From a bacterium (GTDB lineage Bacteria; Krumholzibacteriota; Krumholzibacteriia; LZORAL124-64-63), in contig PIVY01000002.1 of the NCBI GenBank assembly GCA_003353795.1, forward strand, positions 12,552 to 76,551: DNA of 64,000 nucleotides, given 5' to 3'. The notes below the pieces were generated by a model, which saw only the letters and a list, made by a program, of their open reading frames with translations, had not been told where the DNA came from and searched no databases. Positions 1 through 8,326 of the stretch are shown here, piece after piece. The translations under genes and the position numbers were made by a program. Within the stretch, counting starts at the first letter, position 1. Every line of letters begins with the position of its first letter.

Positions 1-4
1 CAAC

Positions 5-2104
5 GTGGAGATCGATCCGCTGGGCATCCCGGTGGGCGTGACCACGCCGGTCACCATCATCGTGACCGATCCCGACACCGGCGACGGCATGGACGTGATG
101 ATCGACGTCTCCGGTTTCGGCTTCGACGCTACGGCCGTGCAGACCGATGCGTTCGGACGCGTCACCATCGATGTCACTCCCGAGTATGGCGAGACGCTGG
201 TCGTGCGCGGCCAGGAGGTCGGCGCCACCTACTTCATGTTCCACGAGGATCTGGTGGTCACCGGCGCCGGCGTGCTCGGCGATCCCGCCGTGACCGCGGG
301 CGTGCCGGCCATCGGTCTGGACGGAGCGCTGACGCCGCACATCGAGGGCGAGATCACGGCCTCGATCCGCAATCAGGGCTTCACGCTCTTCCTCGCCGGG
401 GGCGGTCGCAACGACGTGTACGAGTCGCCGGGCACCAGCCTCACCGTTCCGTTCACGCCCACCGACCTGAGTGACGTGACGGCCACCATCGCGAGCCCCG
501 GATTCGGCATCTTCCAGCAGCAGATCGCCGTGGTGGAAGCCTTCGGCACGATCAGCGGAACCGTGGTCGACGCGGATGCCGGTCAGGCGCCCGTCGAGGG
601 CGCGCGGGTTTCCGGGTTCGCGCAGGGAGCCGATCCCCAGGGCGTGCCGCTGTTCGATCTGGTGAGCGGCGTCGACGGTTCCTTCGCCTTCGCCGACGAC
701 CTGGCGGTGGGCTACTACGACCTCTACGTGGAAAAATTCGGCTACCTGTCGCACCAGGAGATCTACTTCCAGACCTACGGGGCGGCGACCCACGGCGTGG
801 CCTTGAATCAGGCCCCGTCCGGGACGCTGTCCGGCGTGGTGACCTCGGCCGATCTGGGCACCCCGCTGGCCGGCGAGGTGAGCATCTTCCGGTCGGACAA
901 CGGCGACCTGTATGACTCGGCGACTGCCGATGTCCTCACCGGCGCCTACACCACCGGCCCGTTGCCATTCTTCGATTACGAGGTGCGCGTGACCGCGCCA
1001 GGCCATATGCCGCTCGACGAATCGGTGACCATCGCCGCAGTGAACGTGACTGCCGACTTCGCCCTGGCCGGAACGGTGGCCGACGTGCTCGTGCTGGACG
1101 ACAACAGCGCCGAGCCGCGACAGGTGCCGGCCAAGTTCGCCGCCGACGGAGCCTTCCTCGCGTCCGGCTATCCGGCCGCAGCCGACCGTGCTGCCGGCGA
1201 CCTGGTCGCGGCGCTGGAGTACCAGGGCTACGCGGTGGTGCTCGAAAGCGCCGCGGTCAGCGATCCGGCGACCTGGACCCAATACGGCATGGTGCTCGTG
1301 TCGGCGGGTTCCAATACCGGCGCCCTGGGCAGCGCCACCTTCCGCGCCGACCTGAGGACGTACTCCGAGGCGGGTGGCCGACTCATGGTCGAGGGCGGCG
1401 AGGTGGCCTACAACGTCAACTACAGCGACGTCGATTTCATGAACGAGGTGCTGTACGTGTCTGCCTGGAACGGCGACCAGAGCGGGGCGGTGGCGGTGGA
1501 GGATCCGCTGCATGCGGTGGTCACCGTGCCCAACGCCGTGACCGGTACCATCGCCAACAACTACTCCGGCTACGGCGACGCCGACCGGGCCACCCCCGCC
1601 GATCTCGGCCACATGGTGTGCGACTGGACCACCTATGCCGGCACGGCCAGCGTCATCGTCCACGACGACGACGCCGATCCGGCGTTCGGCCAGTTCGTGT
1701 TCTTCCTGTTCAACTACAGCTCCATGGGCAGCGGAGCCGCCGAGTTGCTGGAGAACGCGGTCCACTACCTCGTCGGCGCGCCGGCGCCCCTCGACACCAC
1801 GCCGGTGGACGACCAGCGCATTCCCACGGCGCTGGCCCTGCACGGCAACCATCCGAACCCGTTCAATCCGAAGACGGTGATCCGGTTCGCCCTGCCGGCC
1901 ACCGCGGACGTGACCCTCGCCGTCTACGACGTGCGCGGTCAGCGGGTGCGCACGCTGCTGCGGGATGCCCTCGAAGCCGGTCAGCACGAGGCGGTGTGGT
2001 TGGGGCGGGACGACACCGGTCGTCAGGTGGCCAGCGGCGCCTACTTCTACCGTCTCACCGCGGGGGGCGAGCAACTGGTGGGCAAGATGCTACTGGTGAA
2101 ATAG
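5..2104 (+). CDS. Secreted multidomain protein with N-terminus off-window; carboxypeptidase-regulatory-like beta-sandwich repeats plus a C-terminal T9SS-type (FlgD-Ig-like) sorting domain
   Basis: The frame is open to the window edge, so the track start GTG at 5 is arbitrary. Two CarboxypepD_reg-like stretches are present (GTISGTVVDADAG...YYDLYVEKFGY; GTLSGVVTSADLG...YEVRVTAPGH). The last ~85 aa (HPNPFNPKTVIRF...VYDVRGQRVRTL...SGAYFYRLTAGGEQLVGKMLLVK) match the C-termini of 18242-19909, 22422-24290 and 33724-37026. Confidence 0.7.
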   Translation: MEIDPLGIPVGVTTPVTIIVTDPDTGDGMDVMIDVSGFGFDATAVQTDAFGRVTIDVTPEYGETLVVRGQEVGATYFMFHEDLVVTGAGVLGDPAVTAGVPAIGLDGALTPHIEGEITASIRNQGFTLFLAGGGRNDVYESPGTSLTVPFTPTDLSDVTATIASPGFGIFQQQIAVVEAFGTISGTVVDADAGQAPVEGARVSGFAQGADPQGVPLFDLVSGVDGSFAFADDLAVGYYDLYVEKFGYLSHQEIYFQTYGAATHGVALNQAPSGTLSGVVTSADLGTPLAGEVSIFRSDNGDLYDSATADVLTGAYTTGPLPFFDYEVRVTAPGHMPLDESVTIAAVNVTADFALAGTVADVLVLDDNSAEPRQVPAKFAADGAFLASGYPAAADRAAGDLVAALEYQGYAVVLESAAVSDPATWTQYGMVLVSAGSNTGALGSATFRADLRTYSEAGGRLMVEGGEVAYNVNYSDVDFMNEVLYVSAWNGDQSGAVAVEDPLHAVVTVPNAVTGTIANNYSGYGDADRATPADLGHMVCDWTTYAGTASVIVHDDDADPAFGQFVFFLFNYSSMGSGAAELLENAVHYLVGAPAPLDTTPVDDQRIPTALALHGNHPNPFNPKTVIRFALPATADVTLAVYDVRGQRVRTLLRDALEAGQHEAVWLGRDDTGRQVASGAYFYRLTAGGEQLVGKMLLVK

Positions 2105-2141
2105 CCGTTCTCGAGAGTCTTTCGCGACAGTTTTGCGAGAC

Positions 2142-2175
2142 GGACCCCGGCCGAAATGGTCGGGGTTCGTTTTTT
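2142..2175 (+). terminator. Intrinsic terminator after the first gene
   Basis: GGACCCCGGCC (2142-2152), loop GAAAT, GGTCGGGGTTC (2158-2168). This gives 11 bp including two G-U pairs, followed by G + TTTTTT (2170-2175). Confidence 0.8.
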
Positions 2176-2293
2176 CTTTCTCGAATCGTCGCGGGCTATT
2201 GATCTTGTGATGCCGATTAACGAAATTCATCGGCGTACTTCACGCCGCGCGCGATGCGCGGCTCGTCCGACAACATTCCGAGGGGGAGAACCC

Positions 2294-2914
2294 ATGTCTC
2301 GCCATTGCCTCGTCCTGCTCGCCATCATCATCCTCGCCACCGCCGCCCACGCCATCGACGAACCCGAGGATCTGGGTTTCGGCGTCCTCGGCGTCTTCAC
2401 TGCTCCCGAGGTCGGCGACGACGTCTACGACTACCACATCGACGTGTCGGCCGGCCAGCCGGTCGACCTGTACTTCACGCTCTATCACCATCGCCTGGCC
2501 AGCACCCAGATGGGTGGCTTCGAGTTCACCTGGGAAGTGCTGCCGGGCAACCTGGACTACCTGGTCCTCGACGCGGAACTGCTGGTCTGGGACTCCTTCA
2601 ACTTCGGAGACTCGAACAACCTGATCGTGGGCGTGCGCCTGCCGACGACCTACAACTTCAATCCCATTCCGCTGGTCAAGGTCACGATCATGTTCACCGA
2701 GGCTCCCGACGGTGCGTCCATTCGCCTGCAGCCGTCGTGGCTGGAGTCCATCGCCGGCGAGATGGCCTACGCCGGCTACCGCCTGCCCGACGACCTGCTG
2801 ATCATGCGGCCCAACAATGCGAACCAGTCACTGGACGATCCCGTGTTCTGGTTCAACCCCAGCGTTGCCGTTGAGAATCACAGCTTATCAAGCGTGAAGG
2901 CGCTGTTCGACTAG
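2294..2914 (+). CDS. Secreted hypothetical protein (206 aa)
   Basis: Track ORF 2156-2914 trimmed to ATG 2294, which follows GGGGGAG. The N-terminus MSRHCLVLLAIIILATAAHA is a signal peptide. No recognisable domain; compositionally normal. Confidence 0.55.
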   Translation: MSRHCLVLLAIIILATAAHAIDEPEDLGFGVLGVFTAPEVGDDVYDYHIDVSAGQPVDLYFTLYHHRLASTQMGGFEFTWEVLPGNLDYLVLDAELLVWDSFNFGDSNNLIVGVRLPTTYNFNPIPLVKVTIMFTEAPDGASIRLQPSWLESIAGEMAYAGYRLPDDLLIMRPNNANQSLDDPVFWFNPSVAVENHSLSSVKALFD

Positions 2915-2935
2915 CCCGCTCCGGTTCCGACACGA

Positions 2936-2972
2936 AGGGCCCGCTCTCGGCAAGAGCGGGCCCTTTCTCTTT
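2936..2972. terminator. GC-rich hairpin terminator between convergent genes
   Basis: AGGGCCCGCTC (2936-2946), loop TCGGCAA, GAGCGGGCCCT (2954-2964), then TTCTCTTT. The stem is perfect at 11 bp. Confidence 0.75.
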
Positions 2973-2990
2973 GGCGATTGTCGCCGCGGA

Positions 2991-3605
2991 TCAGGCGAGC
3001 TGGAGGTCGATCTCGCCGCACTCGATGAGCGGGTGCACGTCCAGGCGGTTGCGCAGGTCAAGGACCAGATCGAAGCGTCCGGCCAGGATACCCGAACCGG
3101 TGGATTCGAAATCGTGCACCGCCGTGTACGACTCGATTCCCTTGGCCTCCGGGTCCGTCTCCACCTTGCGTTCGAGATCCGTGAGCTTCACGCCGCGCGG
3201 CAGATCCTTCAGCAGGATCTGGACCTCATCGTCGTAGCGCTTGGCATACGTGTGATACCGCACCTCGGCCCGCGCCTGCTTGATCCGCTTGACGGCGACC
3301 ACCACGCCGATCCCCTCCGCGGCGATGCGGCGTGTGGCGGCGCGCAGCACCTTGGCCAGCGGCGCTTCGACCACCGCCCGCACCTCGGAGACCGGCAGCA
3401 GGTGCAGCTTTTCGGCGGCGCGGCGCATGGAGGCCGACCGGTCGCCGGGAGCGATGTCCTCGTCCTGGTGGTACCAGCAGCAATGCTCCAGGTCGTGCCC
3501 CAGAGACAGGCCGGCGATCAGACCCCGCACGGCCTTGGGCGAACCCTTGATGACCACCTCGTAGTAGGCGGCCGCCGGCGTCCTCGTCTTGATGTTCTTG
3601 GCCAT
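2991..3605 (-). CDS. Hypothetical cytoplasmic protein (204 aa), co-transcribed with the upstream permease
   Basis: ATG 3605 lies behind GAGGAG, 16 nt after the permease stop. There is no signal peptide or TM segment. Two beta-alpha-beta-like halves (YYEVVIKGSPKAVRGLIAGL..; AEVRYHTYAKRYDDEVQILLKDL..) are visible. I cannot assign a family. Confidence 0.6.
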   Translation of the reverse strand: MAKNIKTRTPAAAYYEVVIKGSPKAVRGLIAGLSLGHDLEHCCWYHQDEDIAPGDRSASMRRAAEKLHLLPVSEVRAVVEAPLAKVLRAATRRIAAEGIGVVVAVKRIKQARAEVRYHTYAKRYDDEVQILLKDLPRGVKLTDLERKVETDPEAKGIESYTAVHDFESTGSGILAGRFDLVLDLRNRLDVHPLIECGEIDLQLA

Positions 3606-3621
3606 GACGTCGCTCCTCGGG

Positions 3622-5169
3622 CTACAGGAAGAAGACGAAGGTCACCAGCACGAAGGTCGGGAGCAGGTAGACCAGCGCGTACTTGAACAGGTAGCCGAAG
3701 AAGCTGGGCATGGGGATGCCCTGTTCCTCGGCGATGGACTTGACCATGAAGTTGGGCGCGTTACCGATGTAGGTGTTGGCGCCCATGAACACCGCGCCGG
3801 CCGAGATGGCGGTCAAAGTCTTGATGAAATCGGGGTTGCGCGCCGCCTCGTCGGCGTAGCCGAGCATGTCGTCGACCATGGACTCGGGCATGCCGAGTTG
3901 GCCGAGGGCCGCGTTGAAGAAGGTCAGGTAGGTGGGGGCGTTGTCCAGGAACGACGAGAGCCCGCCCGTGACCCAGAAGTACTGCCAGGGCTCCTGGACC
4001 GCGGTCACCAGGCCGGCGAGGGCACCGTCGGCGCCCGCCTTCAGGATGGCCAGCGCCGGGATGATCGTCATGAAGATGCCGAAGAAGAGGTAGGCCACTT
4101 CCTGGATCGGGAACCAGTTGAAGCCGTTGGCCTCGCGCAGCATCTTCTTCGTGGTCACCAGGCTCAGCACGCCCATGCCCACGAGGATGAGATCCTTGAT
4201 GATGTTGCCCAGGGGGATCTCCACGTGTCCGTAGACGTGGACGGACGGCAGGCCCTTGGCCATGGCGCTGCCGCTGAAGACCACGCCCGCCATGACACCC
4301 AGCAGGAACAGGAAGTTGTGGGTGCCCTTGAGGGCGATGCCCAGGGTCCCGGAGGGCTTGGGCTTGGTGGTCTCGCGATTGTAGTGGTAGCGGTCCAGGA
4401 AGTAGAACATCACCAGCAGGATGACGACCACGAGGGTCATGTGCTTGAACAGGCCCGTGGTCACCCAGAAGAAGGGCACGCCGTGCAGGAAGCCGAGGAA
4501 CAGCGGCGGGTCGCCCAGGGGCGTGAGGCTGCCGCCGACGTTGGCGACCAGGAAGATGAAGAAGCAGATGATGTGGACCTTGGAGGATCGCCATTCGTTG
4601 GCGCGCAGCAGGGGCCGGATCATCAGCATGGCGGCGCCGGTGGTGCCGATCCACGAGGCCAGGAGCGTGCCCACCAGCAGCACCATCAGGTTGGCCTTGG
4701 GGGTGCCGCGCAGGTCGCCCTCGAGCACGATGCCGCCAGAGATGGTGAACAGCGCCCAGAGCAGGATGATGAACGGCACGTAGTCGGCCAGCATGATGTG
4801 CAGGATCGATTGGGCCGCGTCGCCTCTCATGATGATCAGGAAAGGCACGGCGAAGATCACCGCCCAGGCGAAGCTCACCTTGGGGAAGTGGCGGTGCCAG
4901 AAGTGGGGGGCCACCAGCGGGCCCAGCGCGATGCTCAGGAGCATGCCCACGAACGGCAACACGGTCCACAGGGGGAGCTGGCCCACGGGGTCGACGTGGT
5001 GGTCGCCCACACCGTGGGCGTCCACGCCGTGTCCGTCGTCGACCGCTGCGGCGTGTTCGCCGTGTTGCTGCGCGTGGGCGGGATCCAGAAGGGATCCGGC
5101 CCACAAAATGACGGCGGACAGGGTGACCAGGACGAGGATCCTGATCGTGAAGGAGCGGGGTGATTTCAT
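3622..5169 (-). CDS. Polytopic permease of the NhaD/ArsB/CitMHS ion-transporter superfamily (usually annotated sodium:proton antiporter) with a His-rich N-terminal loop
   Basis: Track ORF (to 5502) trimmed to ATG 5169 (MKSPRSF..) preceded by GGGAGG. There are many hydrophobic helices and motifs such as GSLTPLGDPPLFLGFL and GANTYIGNAPNFMV. Residues 32-58, AHAQQHGEHAAAVDDGHGVDAHGVGDHH, contain 7 His. Confidence 0.75.
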   Translation of the reverse strand: MKSPRSFTIRILVLVTLSAVILWAGSLLDPAHAQQHGEHAAAVDDGHGVDAHGVGDHHVDPVGQLPLWTVLPFVGMLLSIALGPLVAPHFWHRHFPKVSFAWAVIFAVPFLIIMRGDAAQSILHIMLADYVPFIILLWALFTISGGIVLEGDLRGTPKANLMVLLVGTLLASWIGTTGAAMLMIRPLLRANEWRSSKVHIICFFIFLVANVGGSLTPLGDPPLFLGFLHGVPFFWVTTGLFKHMTLVVVILLVMFYFLDRYHYNRETTKPKPSGTLGIALKGTHNFLFLLGVMAGVVFSGSAMAKGLPSVHVYGHVEIPLGNIIKDLILVGMGVLSLVTTKKMLREANGFNWFPIQEVAYLFFGIFMTIIPALAILKAGADGALAGLVTAVQEPWQYFWVTGGLSSFLDNAPTYLTFFNAALGQLGMPESMVDDMLGYADEAARNPDFIKTLTAISAGAVFMGANTYIGNAPNFMVKSIAEEQGIPMPSFFGYLFKYALVYLLPTFVLVTFVFFL

Positions 5170-5337
5170 GGTGCCTCCCGAAGAGGGTGACGAGCAGGCC
5201 GGAATCCCGGGGCCGGCGCGGGCCGGCGGCGGTGTCGGTCGCGTGCTGGTGCCCGGCAGGAACCTAGAATATGATGCAGTGGCTGTCAAACTCAGCCTGA
5301 CGAGGCTGCAAGGTCGTTGCCGGAAGGCCCGGAAGTC

Positions 5338-6483
5338 ATGCGAATCGCCATGTTCAGTTCGCAGATGGCGTACTACGGAGGCGAGGTCCACCTGAGGGAT
5401 CTCGCTCACGGTCTGCGCGAGCGTGGTCACGAGGTCGTCGGATTCGTGAGGCCCGGCAGCGCTCTCGAACGACGTCTGCAGACCGACGGCCATACCGTGC
5501 ACGCGTTGCCCCTGGTGGACTGGTACGAGCCGCTGGGCATGGTCAGGTTGGCGCGCCGCCTACGCCGCCTGCAGCCGGACATCCTCCACACCCACAATCC
5601 TCGCGACTACTACGTGGCGGCTGCTGCCACCCTGGGCACCGGCATCCGCAATGTGGGCACGCGACATCAACTCCGGCCCATCACCTGGCCGGGTCTCAAG
5701 CGACCGTTCCTGGACCGGTTCTCCGCCATGATCGCCGTGAGCGAGGCGGTGCGCGACGGCTTGCTGGCCTCGGGCCTTCCGGCGCGCCGCCTGGTAACCG
5801 TGCCCAACGGCATCGGTACGCCGGGGGCCGGGCCGCCGGTGGCGGAACTGCGTCGGGAACTGGGCCTGCCGACGGCGAGCGGTCCGGTGGTGGGATTCGT
5901 GGGGCGGCTCTGTCCCAGCAAGGGGCCCGACACACTGCTCTGGGCCGCGTCGCTGCTGCGTGGTCGCTGGCCCGGACTCCAGGTCGTGCTCGTGGGGGGC
6001 GACACCGGTGATGGCGCCTACACCCGGCGTCTGAGAGAACTGGCCGCCGATCTGCGCCTGCAGGTGCACTTCTGCGGCTATCGCGACGGGGCGGTGCGGC
6101 TGCTGCGCGCCTTCGATCTGCTGGCGGTGCCGTCGCGGGCCGAGCCCTTCGGGCTGGTCACGGCCGAGGCTCTGGCGCAGGCAGTGCCGGTGGTGGCCAC
6201 GCGGTCGGGCGGCAGCCGCGAGGTGGTGCGCCACGAGGAGGACGGTCTGCTGGTGCCGCCGGGCGATCCGGAGGCGCTGGCCGCAGCCGTTCATCGCCTG
6301 CTGGTCGATTCGGCGTTGCGCGACCGTTGCCGCCACGCCGGGCCGCGCCGGGTGGCGGCGCACTTCACCCTGCAGCGGCAGGTGGCGGCCACCGAGAAGG
6401 TCTACGCTCTGGTGCTGGCCGACGCGCCGTTGCCCGCCGATTTCCCGGTGAACGATGCGCTGACGGCCCGCGGCGAGGGCTAG
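5338..6483 (+). CDS. Glycosyltransferase family 4 (GT-B, group 1)
   Basis: MRIAMFSSQMAYYGGEVHLRDLAHGLRERGHEV.. is a GT4 N-domain. VPSRAEPFGLVTAEALAQAVPVVATRSGGSREVV..DGLLVPPGD is the EX7E-type C-domain. The start could also be TTG 5317. Confidence 0.85.
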   Translation: MRIAMFSSQMAYYGGEVHLRDLAHGLRERGHEVVGFVRPGSALERRLQTDGHTVHALPLVDWYEPLGMVRLARRLRRLQPDILHTHNPRDYYVAAAATLGTGIRNVGTRHQLRPITWPGLKRPFLDRFSAMIAVSEAVRDGLLASGLPARRLVTVPNGIGTPGAGPPVAELRRELGLPTASGPVVGFVGRLCPSKGPDTLLWAASLLRGRWPGLQVVLVGGDTGDGAYTRRLRELAADLRLQVHFCGYRDGAVRLLRAFDLLAVPSRAEPFGLVTAEALAQAVPVVATRSGGSREVVRHEEDGLLVPPGDPEALAAAVHRLLVDSALRDRCRHAGPRRVAAHFTLQRQVAATEKVYALVLADAPLPADFPVNDALTARGEG

Positions 6484-7133
6484 GACGTCAGGCTGCGGAT
6501 CACCGGCCCGATGCCGTCGATCACCAGTTGCACGGCGATCACCGTCAGCAGCAATCCCATGAGCTTCTCGATGATACGCAGGCCGGTGCGGCCGAGGCGC
6601 CCGAGCACGCGATCGGCGCCGGCGAGGATGAGCCCGGTGATGATCAGGATCAGGAGGACCGCCGCGGTCACCAGGAGGGCGCCGGTGGGGCCTTCCACCT
6701 GGGGGCGGAGCACCATGACGGTGGTGATGGAGCCGGGCCCGGCCAGTAACGGGATGGCCAGCGGCGTGATGGACGGATCCTCTTCTTCGTCCTCTTCCTG
6801 GGCCGCCTCCTGATCGCGGGCGAAGGCGCGGTTGATGCCCGTACGCCAGCGCCGCGGCTGGCTCTGCAGCATGTCCAGGCCGATGCCGAAGAAGATCACG
6901 CCGCCGGCGATGCGGAAGGCGTCGATGGTGATGCCGAAGAGGTGCAGCAGTTGCGGCCCGAACCAGACGAAGACCGAGAGCACGCAGAAGGCCACGACCA
7001 GCGCCCGCCAGAGGGTGCGGCGCTTCTGGCCGTTCTTCATGTGCGACGTCAGCCCGCTGAAGAAGGGGATGCACCCCAGCGGGTCGATGACCGCGAAGAG
7101 GGAAGAGACCGAGAGCAGGACGAATGTGATCAT
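6480..7133 (-). CDS. MarC family (UPF0056) integral membrane protein
   Basis: Trimmed to ATG 7133 (MITFVLLSVSSLFAVIDPLGCIPFF..). About six TM helices. Its stop shares the CTAG at 6480-6483 with the convergent GT4 gene. Confidence 0.8.
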   Translation of the reverse strand: MITFVLLSVSSLFAVIDPLGCIPFFSGLTSHMKNGQKRRTLWRALVVAFCVLSVFVWFGPQLLHLFGITIDAFRIAGGVIFFGIGLDMLQSQPRRWRTGINRAFARDQEAAQEEDEEEDPSITPLAIPLLAGPGSITTVMVLRPQVEGPTGALLVTAAVLLILIITGLILAGADRVLGRLGRTGLRIIEKLMGLLLTVIAVQLVIDGIGPVIRSLTS

Positions 7134-7299
7134 TTGCGGACCTCCAGGGCCTGCGTGCCACCATCTGGCGGCGCAAGATAGCCAACGGCCCGCGCCGGGC
7201 AAGGGAAATCAGCTCGGGGCCCTGCGTCGTGGTCGGAACTTGCCGTCGGTGGCGTTCCCGGTTTCAATGGCCGAGTGCCCTCTTGCCCGGAAGGTGACC

Positions 7300-8070
7300 A
7301 TGAATCGCATCGCTCGAGTCCTCGGTTTCTGCTTTCTGACGGTGCCGGCACTGGTGGCCGCGGTGGAGCGGCCGCTGGTCTCCGATCGTCCCACCCAGAC
7401 CTTCAGCGCACTGACCGTGCCCGCGGGGCGGGTCCAGAACGAGTTGGGCTATTCCCACGACCAGACCGGCGACGTCACCCTCGACAAGGTCGGCGAGTGG
7501 TACTTCCGCTGGGGCGTGGTCCGTGACTTTGAGATCTTCGTGGAGATCGGCAGCCTCGCCTGGGAGGAGACGGCAGGCGCCGGAACCGTCCACGGCTGGA
7601 CCGACGGCGGACTCGGTCTGCGCTGGACCAGTCAGCACGGCGAGGGGGCTCGGCCCACCGCGGCGCTTCTAGCCAGTACGACGTTGCCCACCGGAGGCGC
7701 GGACTTCAGCGAGGACACGCTGCAGCCGGAGGTCATCATCGCCATGGAGTGGGGACTGGGAGGCGGCGTGGCGCTGTCGTCGAACGTGGCCTGGGCCTGG
7801 GCCAGCGAGGACCTGGAACGGTTCGATCGCTGGTGGGGCAGCCTGGTGCTCGACGTGAATCTGGGCCGCGGATTCGGGCTGTTCACGGAGGGGTTCGGTT
7901 ACCTGAGCGAGCGGCCGGACGGCCCTTCCACCGGATATCTGAACGCCGGAGTCAGCTATCTCGTCTCGTCGCGGGTCTTGCTGGACGCCAGGGTCGAGCT
8001 GGGGCGCAACGGCCTCGATGACGACTGGCTCGTCGGCGTGGGAGCGTCGTGGCGGTCGGCGGGTCCGTGA
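7300..8070 (+). CDS. Outer-membrane beta-barrel of the MetA-pathway/transporter-like family
   Basis: Trimmed from 6832 to ATG 7300 (MNRIARVLGFCFLTVPALVAA, a signal peptide). ERPLVSDRPTQT.. and the alternating amphipathic strands are typical of this barrel family. Confidence 0.6.
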   Translation: MNRIARVLGFCFLTVPALVAAVERPLVSDRPTQTFSALTVPAGRVQNELGYSHDQTGDVTLDKVGEWYFRWGVVRDFEIFVEIGSLAWEETAGAGTVHGWTDGGLGLRWTSQHGEGARPTAALLASTTLPTGGADFSEDTLQPEVIIAMEWGLGGGVALSSNVAWAWASEDLERFDRWWGSLVLDVNLGRGFGLFTEGFGYLSERPDGPSTGYLNAGVSYLVSSRVLLDARVELGRNGLDDDWLVGVGASWRSAGP

Positions 8071-8326
8071 TCGATGGCGATGGTCGTGTCGGCCCATTCC
8101 ATGCGGCCGAGTCCGGCCACGGCGATCACCGCCCGGAATACGGGTGATTCGTCCCAGGACATGAATTCCATCCCCCAAAAAGTCGTCATTCAAAGGTGTC
8201 GTTGTCTGGTTTCCCCCCGACCGCGCGAGTCGGCGCGGATGTCTGAATTTAGAGACCAGCGAGACCGGGTCAAGCGGCGTAACGTATTTTGCGGATAACA
8301 CTTAGTTGATAACGTGGGGATATCGG

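Noticed and set aside
5170-5502. Upstream 111-codon extension of the permease ORF (track start 5502)
   Set aside because: ATG 5169 has a GGGAGG SD and begins a signal-like hydrophobic segment. The extension overlaps the divergent GT4 promoter and start region and is Pro/Arg/Ser-rich.
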